A stretch of DNA of 64,000 nucleotides from positions 15,066,001 to 15,130,000 of the forward strand of contig NW_027361714.1 of NCBI RefSeq assembly GCF_039654945.1, written 5' to 3'. A program made the translations under genes and the position numbers. The DNA comes from Dendrobates tinctorius. Lineage: Eukaryota. Each line of letters starts with the position of its first letter. Positions within the stretch are counted from its first letter, which is position 1. This document shows, piece after piece, positions 34,811 to 47,101 of this stretch. Under the pieces are notes generated by a model. The model did no database searches. It was not told where the DNA came from and saw only the letters and a list, made by a program, of their open reading frames with translations.

Positions 34811-35802
34811 TTAGTGTGCAGTGAAAGGGGAGGATTTTTGTTGTGTGCAGCAGCGCTGGTGGTGATTACGCTGCCTTTTAAGGCTACCTGCATTGCTGTG
34901 TGCACACTGCTGTTCAAACTGCTTTTTTCAAAGCACTCCAAATTTTATTTTGTCCTGGTGAGTTACTGAGCGTTCTTTCTTTCACACACCGTCTAGCGGT
35001 GTACGCTCCTCACACACTACCGTGTACCGGCTGGTATCACGGACAAATAGAAGCTATCTGGGTGTGACTCTGGAAGAAAAAGCCGAGGAGTTTGTCCGTT
35101 TTTTGCAGACCTACATCTTAGAGTTGTCGTTTTTCAAACAGTTTCGTATATCTGTTTGATTACGGTCTAAACTAGACAGACAGCGTGTGTCAGTCCGTAT
35201 ACAAATACACGGAGCTTGACAACTTTACATACATGGTACAGAGGTGTACGCTCCTCGCACACTACCATGTACTGCCTTCTAGCACGGACAAATAGAAGCT
35301 ACCTGTGTGTGACTGGGGAGAAAAAAAAGCAGAGGAGTTTTTCCGTTTTTCCAGACCTACACTTTAGTCATGTCCGTTTTTCAAACAGTTTCGTATATCT
35401 GCTGTTGGATAACGGTCTAAACTAGACAGAGACAGCGTGTCATTCCGTGTACAAATACACGGAGCTTGACAATTTTCCTTACACACATCGTATAGAGCTG
35501 TCCGATTCTCCAACAGTATTGTGTATATCTGCCGTTCGCATTAGTCACTTTTATACCTAGTCAGCATGTGTGTGACACTCCGTAAATACATATACGGAGA
35601 TTTAGTTGCACAAAAATCGTATACAGCTGTACACTTCTGATACAGTTCCGTATATCTGCTTGTTGGATTACGGTCCAATACATACTGTGAGAGCGTCTGT
35701 GACTTACATAATATATCCGTTGATTTAATTTGTTTAATACACCTTACACAGCTGAACGCTCCTCATACTGTAACATCTCTTGGCGTTCCAAGGTCAGGGA
35801 CA

Positions 35803-36560
35803 GTGTTTGTGCGTGACTATAGGGATGTGGATGTGCCACAAACTGCTCCTCCACCCACCACGGGCAGTGCATCATTGACACCTGGAACATTGGCCTACAT
35901 GTTCGATTATGCCTTGCGGATCCTAAAAAGGGACCCCCACATTGCCAAAATGAGGTATGACGACTACTGGCTGGCCAGCATCCTCGATCCACGCTACAAA
36001 GGCAAATTACACAACATCATGCCACAGGTGATAATATTGGCAAACAAACAAGCAACTCTGGTAAACCGTTTGAGGCTTTCCCAGCACACACAAGCTGTGC
36101 TGGTTCTCCCACGAGCCGTAGTGGGCACAATGGAAGAGGTGTTTGTGGTGCATACAGCAGAAGTGGCGTTGGAGACAGGGTTTTAATGACCATGTTGTGG
36201 AATGATTTCTCAAGTACTGCTCACACGACTGCTTATAATGCATCGATTAAAAGTGACAGGAGGCAGCAGTTGTCAACTATGGTTACAAACTATTTCTCCT
36301 CCCATATTGATGTTCTCCCTCACAGGTCATTCTCCTTTGACTATTGGGCCTCTAAACTGGACGCCTGGCCTGTATTGGCACAATATGCCTTACAGGAGCT
36401 CGCTTGCCCTGCTGCTAGTGTGTTATCTGAACGAGTCTTCAGTGCTGCTGGATCAATCCTGACAGAAAAAAGGACCCGTCTGTCGACCCAAAATGTTGAT
36501 GATCTAACCTTCATTTAAAATGAACCATGCATGGGTTTCAAAGGATTTTGTCCCACCTTC
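35803..36560 (+). pseudogene. hAT transposase C-terminal remnant (dimerisation domain)
   Basis: LASILDPRYK and YW....WP.LA..A...L.CPAASV.SERVFS.AG......R.RL motifs; frameshifted. Confidence 0.88.
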
Positions 36561-36959
36561 CCCTGATGACACATAGGTTACCAGAAAAGTGCCTCGGTTT
36601 TTTCCTCCTCTTCCTCGGACTTGCCCAGTTACACCCTTTGAAGCAGCTGAATGTCCAGCCAACACATCTACATATGCCAATTTTTAAACCTCCCTAACTG
36701 GGCTGCCCACCCCTCCCCCAACGGCTGGAGTCAAGACCTGGCGCACCCGGGCAAGTGCTGTTGCTCTGAACAGGTGGATGGGCCCACTGATGGCCGACTG
36801 CAATGGCACAGGGCCCCTCATGGTACAATACAGTGTCTCAGACGGTGAGAGGGCCCACTCGCCGTCAGACACACCAGCGTACTATGAGGAGCCCTGTGCC
36901 AGTACCGTCGACCACGATTGTGCCCCCCCTGCTTGGTCATGGCCACAGCACTTGCAAAT

Positions 36960-37120
36960 TGCAATACTTGCCTCTCCCTGCTCCACCGCTGTGTAGTCTG
37001 TGCAGTTAAATCCTTCACAGGGACGGCCACTAGAAATTTGGTGTATAGATTAATGATGGTTAAGATGTAGCTATGGCCTGTCCTGCTGGCCTCTACCTTC
37101 AGATGATCAATGGCTACCAT
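36960..37120 (-). pseudogene. Gypsy-type integrase core fragment
   Basis: VAIDHLKV..SRTGHSYIL.I...TKF.VAVP.KD.TA.T resembles the rve integrase region around the first catalytic Asp. Confidence 0.65.
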
Positions 37121-38176
37121 TTGAAATGGACGTCAACTTACAAGCGGATGCAGTGGTGGTTTATGATCACCTTTCACAGTTGTGATTGTCAGACGTGTGA
37201 CATTCCTGACACCATTTTTCAATGTCTCCTCTCATGCCAATCCAATAGAATCGCCTACGGCCTGTGTTTGGTCATTTTGAAGTGCAAAAGACATCATGAT
37301 AGGCAGTGAGGACCATGGGTACATCTCTCCCTGTGATCACAATTTGATGGAGACGAGTAACGGTGATGTGATCCACGCTACTGCGATAAAGCAATCTTTT
37401 CTTCACAAAGAACCTTTTTCGCTTTCTACACAGACACAGTAATTGAGGGTCTGCATCGCCTCTGCAACATCTACCGGGAGGTTTTCCTGCGATGAGTAAT
37501 TCAAAAATTTCTGCTAACACTCGACTTTGCGTCTATACTTGTATCCATAGAACAAGCAGGCAAAGGTATAGAACAGCATGCTGTATAGTACAAGCTGATA
37601 ATAATATAGGATAATCAAAGGATCAGTCGTACATAATATAGCAAGAGGATGTGGAAACCACATAAATTACGACCAATGGATCCAATTGTCAAAAGTTAAA
37701 ATTAGATACTTTATTGAGAAATAATACAAGACGGGTAGTGGGGAACATGTGTACAGGAATAACAAAAGTGCAGCAGTACAAGAGGACACGTGGACTAGCC
37801 CTGGCCGTATATATCATATAAGCACAAAACTCTAAGAGTAAAAGTTGATGTAATTACCAACTCCACAATGGCAAAATAGTGCCCAAGCAGCCTAAGATTA
37901 AACAGGGGAGATATATGAAACACTAAGTCCCCTGTTACTATGTTTACTTATGCTAATTAGCCAGGAAACAATTTCTTGTAGTGAATGTATGCTAGATTGC
38001 ATCAAGACCATAATTGGTTCCACATACATAGACAGTAAAATCTACCAAAAGCTGCCAAGGGATGGCTACCCTTGTATATAGCCATAATCTGCTAGCCCAC
38101 ATGTGAGTGAGCAGTACTGAGGCAGAACATACCTTGGAGTGGAGAAACCTAGAATGGCCGGGCGGTCCACGCGTCA

Positions 38177-38217
38177 CCCCGACGCGCATTTCGGAGGAAA
38201 TCTCCTTCGTCAGGGGG
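38177..38217 (-). ncRNA. Minimal type I hammerhead ribozyme (Penelope-associated)
   Basis: Minus strand CCCC-CUGACGA-A-GGAG..CUCC-GAAA-UGCGC-GUC-GGGG; stems I and II and the GUC cleavage triplet are intact. Confidence 0.75.
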
Positions 38218-39255
38218 CGTATCCATGTAGTTTCCAGTAGCGGAGATTCTGGACTGGCTTACTGAGATTGAAATATATACGAGGATTTAAAAGTACCACA
38301 ACACTGTATACTGGTGTACGCTATGAATACCTTTCCCTTTTTCTACTTTTGTAATTCTGGTGTAATACATAGTGAGCCTGTTAGTGTCTGTGTCTGACTC
38401 CGGAAGTATAGACGGAAATTTAACCCTAGACTGGACACACCTGGTATGTGCTGATACAGTACCTTGTTTCAAAAATTTGTATTAAGGTATCATCTGTAGG
38501 ATAACCAACTGTGGAGGGGGGGGGACCCTGTTCTTGCCGCAGACAAACATGAGACTGAGACAGAGTTTGTATTGAACAGGTCCGTATTTAGTGCCCATCC
38601 TTCTGTCGACAACAGCAATTCACCACAGCCGTTTCACATTTCTCTGTACACAGGCCCCGGTACCTTCACTTCCTTTGTAACTATAATCGTGGCGTCCTCT
38701 GTGGCTGGCCTAGGCCCAACCACCACAGCGCTGCACCAGTCTGAGCACACCGTCCGTATGATAGCCCCAGGCCGTCTTCGCCTCCGTGACCGCCTCAACT
38801 GTCAGTCCTCTCTGGAGCCTTTCCACTGTCTATTTCCTCAGCAGAACTTCCTCTTTACTGTGCTCCCTTCACTGACTGACTCTTCCAGAACCTTCCCTCA
38901 GCCTTTTATACTTCCAGTTTTGGTAACTCCGCCCACCATCACCTAACAGTTTCTCTGACCAATGGCAGTTATTCAGTCCCACTCTCTACACTCTCCACTG
39001 CCCTCCAATGGACAAGCTAAAACACTGCACCCTTTCTCTTTATCTTAGCGGTTTCACACCTACACTGCGCTACACCTCTGCTCCTCACTACAGGCTGGTT
39101 TGTCAGTCCACCTTCCCTACATCATCCATAGTGAGTGAGCATGTGTGGGTTACGCCTTCTATAAAATACGGTGAATCTGAGAAACAATTTTTTACACTAT
39201 ACTCGATACAGCTTGTATCTTGTTATACAGTACCTTTGTTCGACATTTAGCATTA

Positions 39256-41322
39256 CATAGTAACATAGGCTGAAGGAAGACCTTATGTCCATCTAGTTCA
39301 GCCTATTTTTAGTGCAGCTGTTCTGCATTTTTGATCCTGGGGAAGGCAAAAAACCCACAGAGTAGAAGCCAATTTTCTCCATAGGGAAAAAAATTCCTTC
39401 CCCCCCCCCCCCCCCCTAAGCTGGGTCAACCAACTACCTATATTCTATTATTCGTAACCTTCTATACTATTACTCACAAGAAAAGCATCCATTCTTTTCT
39501 TAAATTCATTCAGTGAGTTGGCCATCACCACTTCCTCAGGAAGAGAATTCCAGAGCCTCACTGCTATTACCGTGAAGAACCCTCTTCTATGCTGGTGCAG
39601 AAATTGTCTTTCCTCCAAACGAAGAGAATGCCCCCTTGTTCTTGTCACAGTCCTTGGTACAAACCGTTCATTGGAGAGATCTCTGTATTGCCTTCTGATA
39701 TACTTGTACATATATATTAGGTCTCCCCTAAGTCTTCTTTTTTCTTGAGTAAATAGACCTAATTTTGATAACCTTTCTGGGTATTGTAGTGAACCAACTC
39801 CATTTATCATTTTAGTAGCGCGCCTTTGAACCCTTTCAAGTTAAGTAATGTCTTTCTTGAGCACCGGCGTCAAAAATTGCACACAATACTCCAAGTGTGG
39901 TCTGACGAGTAATTTGTACAGAGGGAGAATTATGTTTTCATCTCGTGTCCCCAGACCTCTTCTGATGCATCCCATGACCCTATTTGCTTTGGTGGCAGCT
40001 GCCTGACACTGGGCACTTCAATTTTAGCTTCTTATTGACTAAAGCCCCAGTTACACATAGCGATATCGCTAGCAATATCGCTGTAACGTCACTGGTTTTG
40101 TGACGTAGCAGCGATATTGCTAGCGATATCGCTACATGTGATACTTACCTCCGACCGGCTCCCCCGCTGGTTATCGCTGATCGCGCGAGAAGGTCCTGGA
40201 CCATTTCTCGTCGGGCGCTTCCTGTGGCGCCGACGAACGACGCGTGGACGCGGGCGGGAGAACGTCAGAATCACCGCGTCTGACAGGTAAATAGCGACCC
40301 CCGACCCCTGCTATGTCGCTGGTGAGATCTGCCTGTGTGGCAGCTCACTAGCGTCCACTTAGCGATGCACCAACGATCCATATCGTTGTTGGGATCGCTG
40401 GTGCATCGCTAAGTGTAACGGTACCCTAAGATGCCTAAGTCTTTTTCCATGTCTGATTTCCCCAGCAGTTTCCCATTTAGTAAGTAATTGTAGCATCTGT
40501 TTCTCCTTCCCATGTGCATAACCTTACACTTATCTGTGTTAAACCGCATTTGCCATTTTTCAGCCCAATTCTCCAATTTACTCAAATCTGTCTGTAGTTG
40601 CAAACTGTCCTCCTTTGTGTTAACTACCTTACATAGTTTTGTATCATCTGCAAATACTGATATTTTACTGAGTAAGCCATCCACTAGATCATTAATAAAT
40701 ATATTAAATAGTAGGGGGCCCAATACAGAACCCTGTGGTACCCCACTAGTAACTCTAGCCCAATCTGAGTATGCACCATTAATAACCACTCTTTGTTTTC
40801 TATCACTAAGCCAGCTACCTACCCATCTACACACATTTTTCCCTAGCCCAAGCTTTCTCATCTTACTTAACAATCTTTTATGTGGGACAGTGTCAAATGC
40901 TTTAGAGAAGTCGAGATAAATGACATCCAATGATTCTCCTTGGTTCATTTGAGAGCTTACATCCTCATAGAAGCTGATCAGGTTTATTTTGACAGGAGCG
41001 ATCCTTCATAAATCCATGTTGATATGAAGTTAAACATTTATTAACATTGAGGTATTCCATAATGGTATCCCTTAGAAACCCTTCAAAAATTTTACCCACA
41101 ACAGATGTTAAGCTTACCGGCCTATAGTTTCCAGGTTCCCTTTTACACCCCTTTTTGAATATTGGTACCACATTTGCTTGCCGCCAATCAAAAGGAACAG
41201 ACCCTGTTTCTATAGAGTCTTTAAACATAAGGAATAGAGGCCTGTCTATCACATTATTTAACTCCCTTAATACCCGATGGTGAATGGCATCAGGGCCTGG
41301 TGATTTGTCAGTTTTAGTCTTA
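39256..41322 (-). mobile_element. 5'-truncated CR1 LINE
   Basis: Minus-strand ORF2 fragments KSPGPD, NYRPVSLTS, YLDFSKAFD, GVPQGSVLGP, FADD, RRLRGDLI and RTRGH; 3' tail of CTATGTTA-like units. Confidence 0.92.
40043..40426. mobile_element. Harbinger-type MITE inside CR1
   Basis: TAA TSD; removing it restores the CR1 coding sequence (GILVNKK); subterminal GTTACAC(A/T)TAGCGAT inverted at both ends. Confidence 0.8.
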
Positions 41323-41806
41323 CTACGGTCAAATCCATACTGTGTAAGCGTCTGAGAGTGACTACGGGACTATTTATACGGAGATTTCAATTGTGCCCTA
41401 AAAAATATATACTTGCTATCTTGTTATCCAGAACCTTTTTTACAACATTTTTTAAAATGGTCAAAACCAAACTGAGTGAGCGTCTGAGGGTGACTACGGA
41501 AATATATACCAATATTTTCATTTTGGCCAACGCTGTATACAGCAGAACGCTTCTGATATAGTAACCTTTTTAGCTATTTAGATTCTGGTGTAATCCATAA
41601 TGAGCCTGTAAACAGCTGTCTGTTACTCCGGCAATATATTTGGAACTTTAAGATTACCCCAACACTGTATACAGCTGTACGCTTGTGTTACATAACCCAT
41701 TTACAGCTTTTCATATTCTTGTGTAATCCATACTGGGCCTGAGAGCGTGTTTGTCTGCCTCCTGAAATGTATACGGAGAATCAGCATGTTTACACTATAC
41801 TATATA

Positions 41807-43400
41807 CAGTGCCTACAAGTAGTATTCAACCCCCTGCAGATTTAGCAGGTTTACACATTCGGAATGAACTTGGCATTGTGACATTTGGACTGTAGATCAG
41901 CCTGGAAGTGTGAAATGCACTGCAGCAAAAAAGAATGTTATTTCTTTGTTTAATTTTTTTTAAAATTGTGAAAAGTTTATTCAGAGGGTCATTTATTATT
42001 CAACCCCTCAAACCACCAGAATTCTGTTTGGTTCCCCTAAAGTATTAAGAAGTATTTCAGGCACAAAGAACAATGAGCTTCACATGTTTGGATTAATTAT
42101 CTCTTTTTCCAGCCTTTTCTGACTATTTAAGACCCTCCCCAAACTTGTGAACAGCACTCATACATGGTCAACATGGGAAAGACAAAGGAGCATTCCAAGG
42201 CCATCAGAGACAAGATCGTGGAGGGTCACAAGGCTGGCAAGGGGTACAAAACCCTTTCCAAGGAGTTGGGCCTACCTGTCTCCACTGTTGGGAGCATCAT
42301 CCGGAAGTGGAAGGCTTATGGAACTACTGTTAGCCTTCCACGGCCTGGACAGCCTTTGAAAGTTTCCTCCCGTGCCGAGGCCAGGCTTGTCCGAAGAGTC
42401 AAGGCTAACCCAAGGACAACAAGGAAGGAGCTCCGGGAAGATCTCATGGCAGTGGGGACATTGGTTTCAGTCAATACCATAAGTAACGTACTCCACCGCA
42501 ATAGTCTCCGTTCCAGACGAGCCCGTAAGGTACCTTTACTTTCAAAGCGTCATGTCGAGGCTCATCTACAGTTTGCTCATGATCACTTGGAGGACTCTGA
42601 GACAGACTGGTTCAAGGTTCTCTGGTCTGATGAGACCAAGATCGAGATCTTTGGTGCCAACCACACACGTGACGTTTGAAGACTGGATGGCACTGCATAC
42701 GACCCCAAGAATACCATCCCTACAGTCAAGCATGGTGGTGGCAGCATCATGCTGTGTGGCTGTTTCTCAGCCAAGGGGCCTGGACATCTGGTCCGCATCC
42801 ATGGGAAGATGGATAGCACGGCCTACCTGGAGATTTTGGCCAAGAACCTCCGCTCCTCCATCAAGGATCTTAAGATGGGTCGTCATTTCATCTTCCAACA
42901 AGACAACGACCCAAAGCACACAGCCAAGAAAACCAAGGCCTGGTTCAAGAGGCAAAAAATCAAGGTGTTGGAGTGGCCTAGTCAGTCTCCTGACCTTAAC
43001 CCAATTGAAAACTTGTGGAAGGAGCTCAAGATTAAAGTCCACATGAGACACCCAAAGAACCTAGATAACTTGGAGAAGATCTGCATGGAGGAGTGGGCCA
43101 AGATAACTCCAGAGACCTGTGCCGGCCTGATCAGGTCTTATAAAAGACGATTATTAGCTGTAATTGCAAACAAGGGTTATTCCACAAAATATTAAACCTA
43201 GGGGTTGAATAATAATTGACCCACACTTGTATGTTTAAAATTTATTAAAATTTAACTGAGCAACATAACTTTTTGGTTTGTAAGATTTATGCATCTGTTA
43301 ATTAATCCTGCTCTTGTGTGAAGTTTGAAGGCTCTAACTTATTTGCATCTTACCAAACCTGCTAAATCTGCAGGGGGTTGAATACTACTTGTAGGCACTG
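41807..43400 (+). mobile_element. Tc1-like transposon, near intact
   Basis: TA TSD; TIR CAGTGCCTACAAGTAGTATTCAACCCCCTGCAGATTTAGCAGGTTT; inner TATTCAACCCC direct repeats (IR/DR layout). Confidence 0.95.
42164..43195 (+). pseudogene. Tc1 DD34E transposase with one premature stop
   Basis: 1032-nt single frame with [15 protein letters not shown] and [11 protein letters not shown]; the only interruption is TGA at 42677-42679 where Trp is expected. Confidence 0.92.
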
Positions 43401-44951
43401 TATACCTTGTATCTGGTGATACTGTACCTTTTTTCAACTTATTTTATTGGGTAATTCATACTGAGCCTGTGAGCGTCTGTGTATGCCTCATGAAATTATA
43501 CGGAGATTTACTGTTATCCATAGACTGTATAGAGCTGTACGCTTCTGATACAGTACCATATATCTGCTGGTATTTTGGGTCCATTTTCAAAAACACGAGG
43601 AAGTATGGTGGAAGATGACACGGACGTGGGGGGCCACCTGGCACAGATGGTGGTGGTGCATCTGCTGGTAGTGCCAAAAACACAATAGCAGCTAAGGCAG
43701 GAGGTGTTGAGCCAGCGTCATGGTGTAGCTCTGGAAGGCCTGTAAGGCTCCCTTTTCTGGGAGTAGGTAGACTGCTTTTAAAGCCGGAGTATCAGGAACT
43801 GTTTGTGGCTTACATTGCTGAAACAGCCTCCAGCTCTATCGCCTCCTCTTCTGAAGTTGTAAAAAATGCAAGCACTGAGTCGTAACTGCAGGCTTCTGGT
43901 CAGGAGCAACCCCTTTCCTTGTATCCTTCACCCACACCAAAAGTGAAGGATGTGAAAGCGCACACCTCAGATTACTCCATGGAGTTCTTTTCACATACCA
44001 TGCCTGGGTTAATTAAAAATAGGGCCCATCATGTACTGGAGCAATGTAAATGGGGCAGGTCAGACACTGGAGCAGCATCTAAGGGGCACATTATACACTG
44101 GAGCATTACAAATGGGGCCCATTGTATATGGAGCATTGTGGAGCTCATCTACTGTATGGAACATTATATGTGACTAATTATTTGGTATGGAGAAATATAT
44201 GGGGCTCATTATTCTGTATGGCGCACAATGTGGTGGCCATAACACTGTGTGGAGTAATATACTGTCCTGTTTTTGAGCTATTGTACAATTTAAAATAGAT
44301 CAGACATATCATGTAAGCAGTTAAGTATGTGTCATTGTACTATACCTATATTTCTGTGGCGTATCGGAGCATCATGAGTTGTGGTATGTGTTAAAGGGGC
44401 TCACTGACACTCTTTGGCCCAGGGCACATGAAAACCTGGAGCCAGCCCAACCCCCCCACAACTTTAGCCAAATAGCCCCCAGTTTTCAATGCGTAACTAT
44501 TATTAGGAAGTAAATTAAGGTTGACAAGCTTCAGTTATAAGAATTGATGTTTTTGGCATTGAAATGGGAACTGTAGGTGTGTTTAATGTCCTCCACTCCC
44601 TGCTGACTTTGCTTCCCCATTGACTTGCATTGGGTTTCGTGTTTCAGTCGGCCTCCGACTTTTCCCTATAGTCGGCCGATTTCGTTCGACCCGACTTGCG
44701 AAAGTCGGGTTTCATGAAAACCGACTCGACCCGAAAAAAGGCAAAGTCGCTCATCTCTAGTTAAGAGGCATCAAAAGAATTGCCTTCTCACACTAGTTCT
44801 CATGATTTTAGAATTTTTGGATTAATTTAGATTTATCAATTAATTGACAGAAAGATAAACTTTCATCACAACCAGGGTTGTGCAGTCGGTAAGGCAAGCC
44901 TCCTGACTCCGACTGATGACTCCACACCACTTCCTCACTACTGAGCATGTA

Positions 44952-46561
44952 CAGTGGGGCAAAAAAGTATTTAGTCAGTCAGCAATAGTGCAAGTTCCAC
45001 CACTTAAAAAGATGAGAGGCGTCTGTAATTTACATCATAGGTAGACCTCAACTATGGGAGACAAACTGAGAAAAAAAAATCCAGAAAGTCACATTGTCTG
45101 TTTTTTTTTTTTTCCTTTTATTTGCATATTATGGTGGAAAATAAGTATTTGGTCAGAAACAAAATTTCATCTCAATACTTTGTGATATATCCTTTGTTGG
45201 CAATGACAGAGGTCAAACGTTTTCTGTAAGTCTTCACAAGGTTGCCACACACTGTTGTTGGTATGTTGGCCCATTCCTCCATGCAGATCTCCTCTAGAGC
45301 AGTGATGTTTTTGACTTTTCGCTTGGCAACACGGACTTTCAACTCCCTCCAAAGGTTTTCTATAGGGTTGAGATCTGGAGACTGGCTAGGCCACTCCAGG
45401 ACCTTGAAATGCTTCTTACGAAGCCACTCCTTCGTTGCCCTGGCGGTGTGCTTTGGATCATTGTCATGTTGAAAGACCCAGCCACGTTTCATCATCAATG
45501 CCCTTGCTGATGGAAGGAGGTTTGCACTCAAAATCTCACGATACATGGCCCCATTCATTCTTTCATGTACCCGGATCAGTCGTCCTGGCCCCTTTGCAGA
45601 GAAACAGCCCCAAAGCATGATGTTTCCACCACCATGCTTTACAGTAGGTATGGTGTTTGATGGATGCAACTCAGTATTCTTTTTCCTCCAAACACGACAA
45701 GTTGTGTTTCTACCAAACAGTTCCAGTTTGGTTTCATCAGACCATAGGACATTCTCCCAAAACTCCTCTGGATCATCCAAATGCTGTCTAGCAAACTTCA
45801 GACGGGCCCGGACATGTACAGGCTTAAGCAGTGGGACACGTCTGGCACTGCAGGATCTGAGTCCATGGTGGCGTAGTGTTACTTATGGTAGGCCTTGGTA
45901 CATTGGTCCCAGCTCACTGCAGTTCATTCACTAGGTCCCCCCGCGTGGTTCTGGGATTTTTGCTCACCGTTCTTGTGAGCATTCTGACCCCACGGGGTGG
46001 GATTTTGCGTGGAGCACCAGATCGAGGGAGATTATCAGTGGTCTTGTATGTCTTCCATTTTCTAATTATTGCTCACACAGTTGATTTCTTCACTCCAAGC
46101 TGGTTGGCTATTGCAGATTCAGTCTTCCCAGCCTGGTGCAGGGCTACAATTTTGTTTCTGGTGTCCTTTGACAGCTCTTTGGTCTTCACCATAGTGGAGT
46201 TTGGAGTCAGACTGTTTGAGGGTGTGCACAGGTGTCTTTTTATACTGATAACAAGTTTAAACAGGTGCCATTACTACAGGTAATGAGTGGAGGAAAGAGG
46301 AGACTCTTAAAGAAGTTGTTACAGGTCTGTGAGAGCCAGAAATCTTGATTGCTTGTTTCTGACCAAATACTTATTTTCCACCATAATATGCAAATAAAAG
46401 GAAAAAAAAACAGACAATGTGATTTTCTGGATTTTTTTTTTTCTCAGTTTGTCTCCCATAGTTGAGGTCTACCTATGATGTAAACTACAGACGCCTCTCA
46501 TCTTTTTAAGTGGTGGAACTTGCACTATTGCTGACTGACTAAATACTTTTTTGCCCCACTG
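44952..46561 (-). mobile_element. Tc1-like transposon with ~210-bp TIRs (possibly Passport/Eagle-like)
   Basis: TA TSD; TIR CAGTGGGGCAAAAAAGTATTTAGTCAG. Transposase on minus strand at 46192-45172 (MVKTKELSKDTRNK...WSDETK...QHDNDPKH...PIENLW) with a frameshift near 45890. Confidence 0.92.
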
Positions 46562-46831
46562 TACATAAAGTGCAGCACACATTCATCTCAAATAAAAGCT
46601 GAGATCCTTAGATCAGGAACAGAACAGACATTTTATCTTTCTGAAATTCTTATAAAACCATTTACAGAACATCCTGCACTGAACTACTGAACCCAATTTA
46701 TTATATATTTTAGGAATCTGTCCATTTTATACAAAACTCTATTGTTCTAGGTTGTGTATTCTGAATTTGTTTCTGAATTATTTACACTAAATCTTTGTTG
46801 CATATACTTAATTTGTTGAACTTCTGCCTAG

Positions 46832-46956
46832 GTGGTTCATCGGGTGACGGATCATGGCCAGCACACTCGCCACTTCCACATCAGGAAAATTGGGTCAGTT
46901 TTGCAGATACTCCACCAAGCAGTGCTCTTTTAGCCATGCATCCCGCCTCTGTCCAG
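46832..46956 (+). CDS. reps1: REPS1 internal coding exon
   Basis: Acceptor ctgcctag and donor gtgtga; 125 nt, phase 1 to 0. Encodes [41 protein letters not shown]. Confidence 0.93.
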
Positions 46957-47101
46957 GTGTGACATTTTATTAGTTGCATATTCATTTGCTTTGTTTTAAT
47001 TTGCAGCACTAGAATGGCTTTATTTTCCATCGCTTTCTGTTTCACTTTTGCCTTTTGTTTTCTATTTGTAAAAGGCATAGTACAGTAGTGTATTGCCTTA
47101 A

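Larger units (their letters stand above)
33464..44759 (+). mobile_element. hAT DNA transposon (11.3 kb including nested insertions)
   Basis: Perfect 8-bp TSD GTTAAGAG (33456-33463 and 44760-44767); TIR TAGAG(T/A)TGAGCGA; CCGA-rich subterminal repeats; transposase remnant inside. Confidence 0.85.

Noticed and set aside
38494-39195. Solo LTR (TGT...ACA)
   Set aside because: No matching target-site duplication and no second copy in the window.
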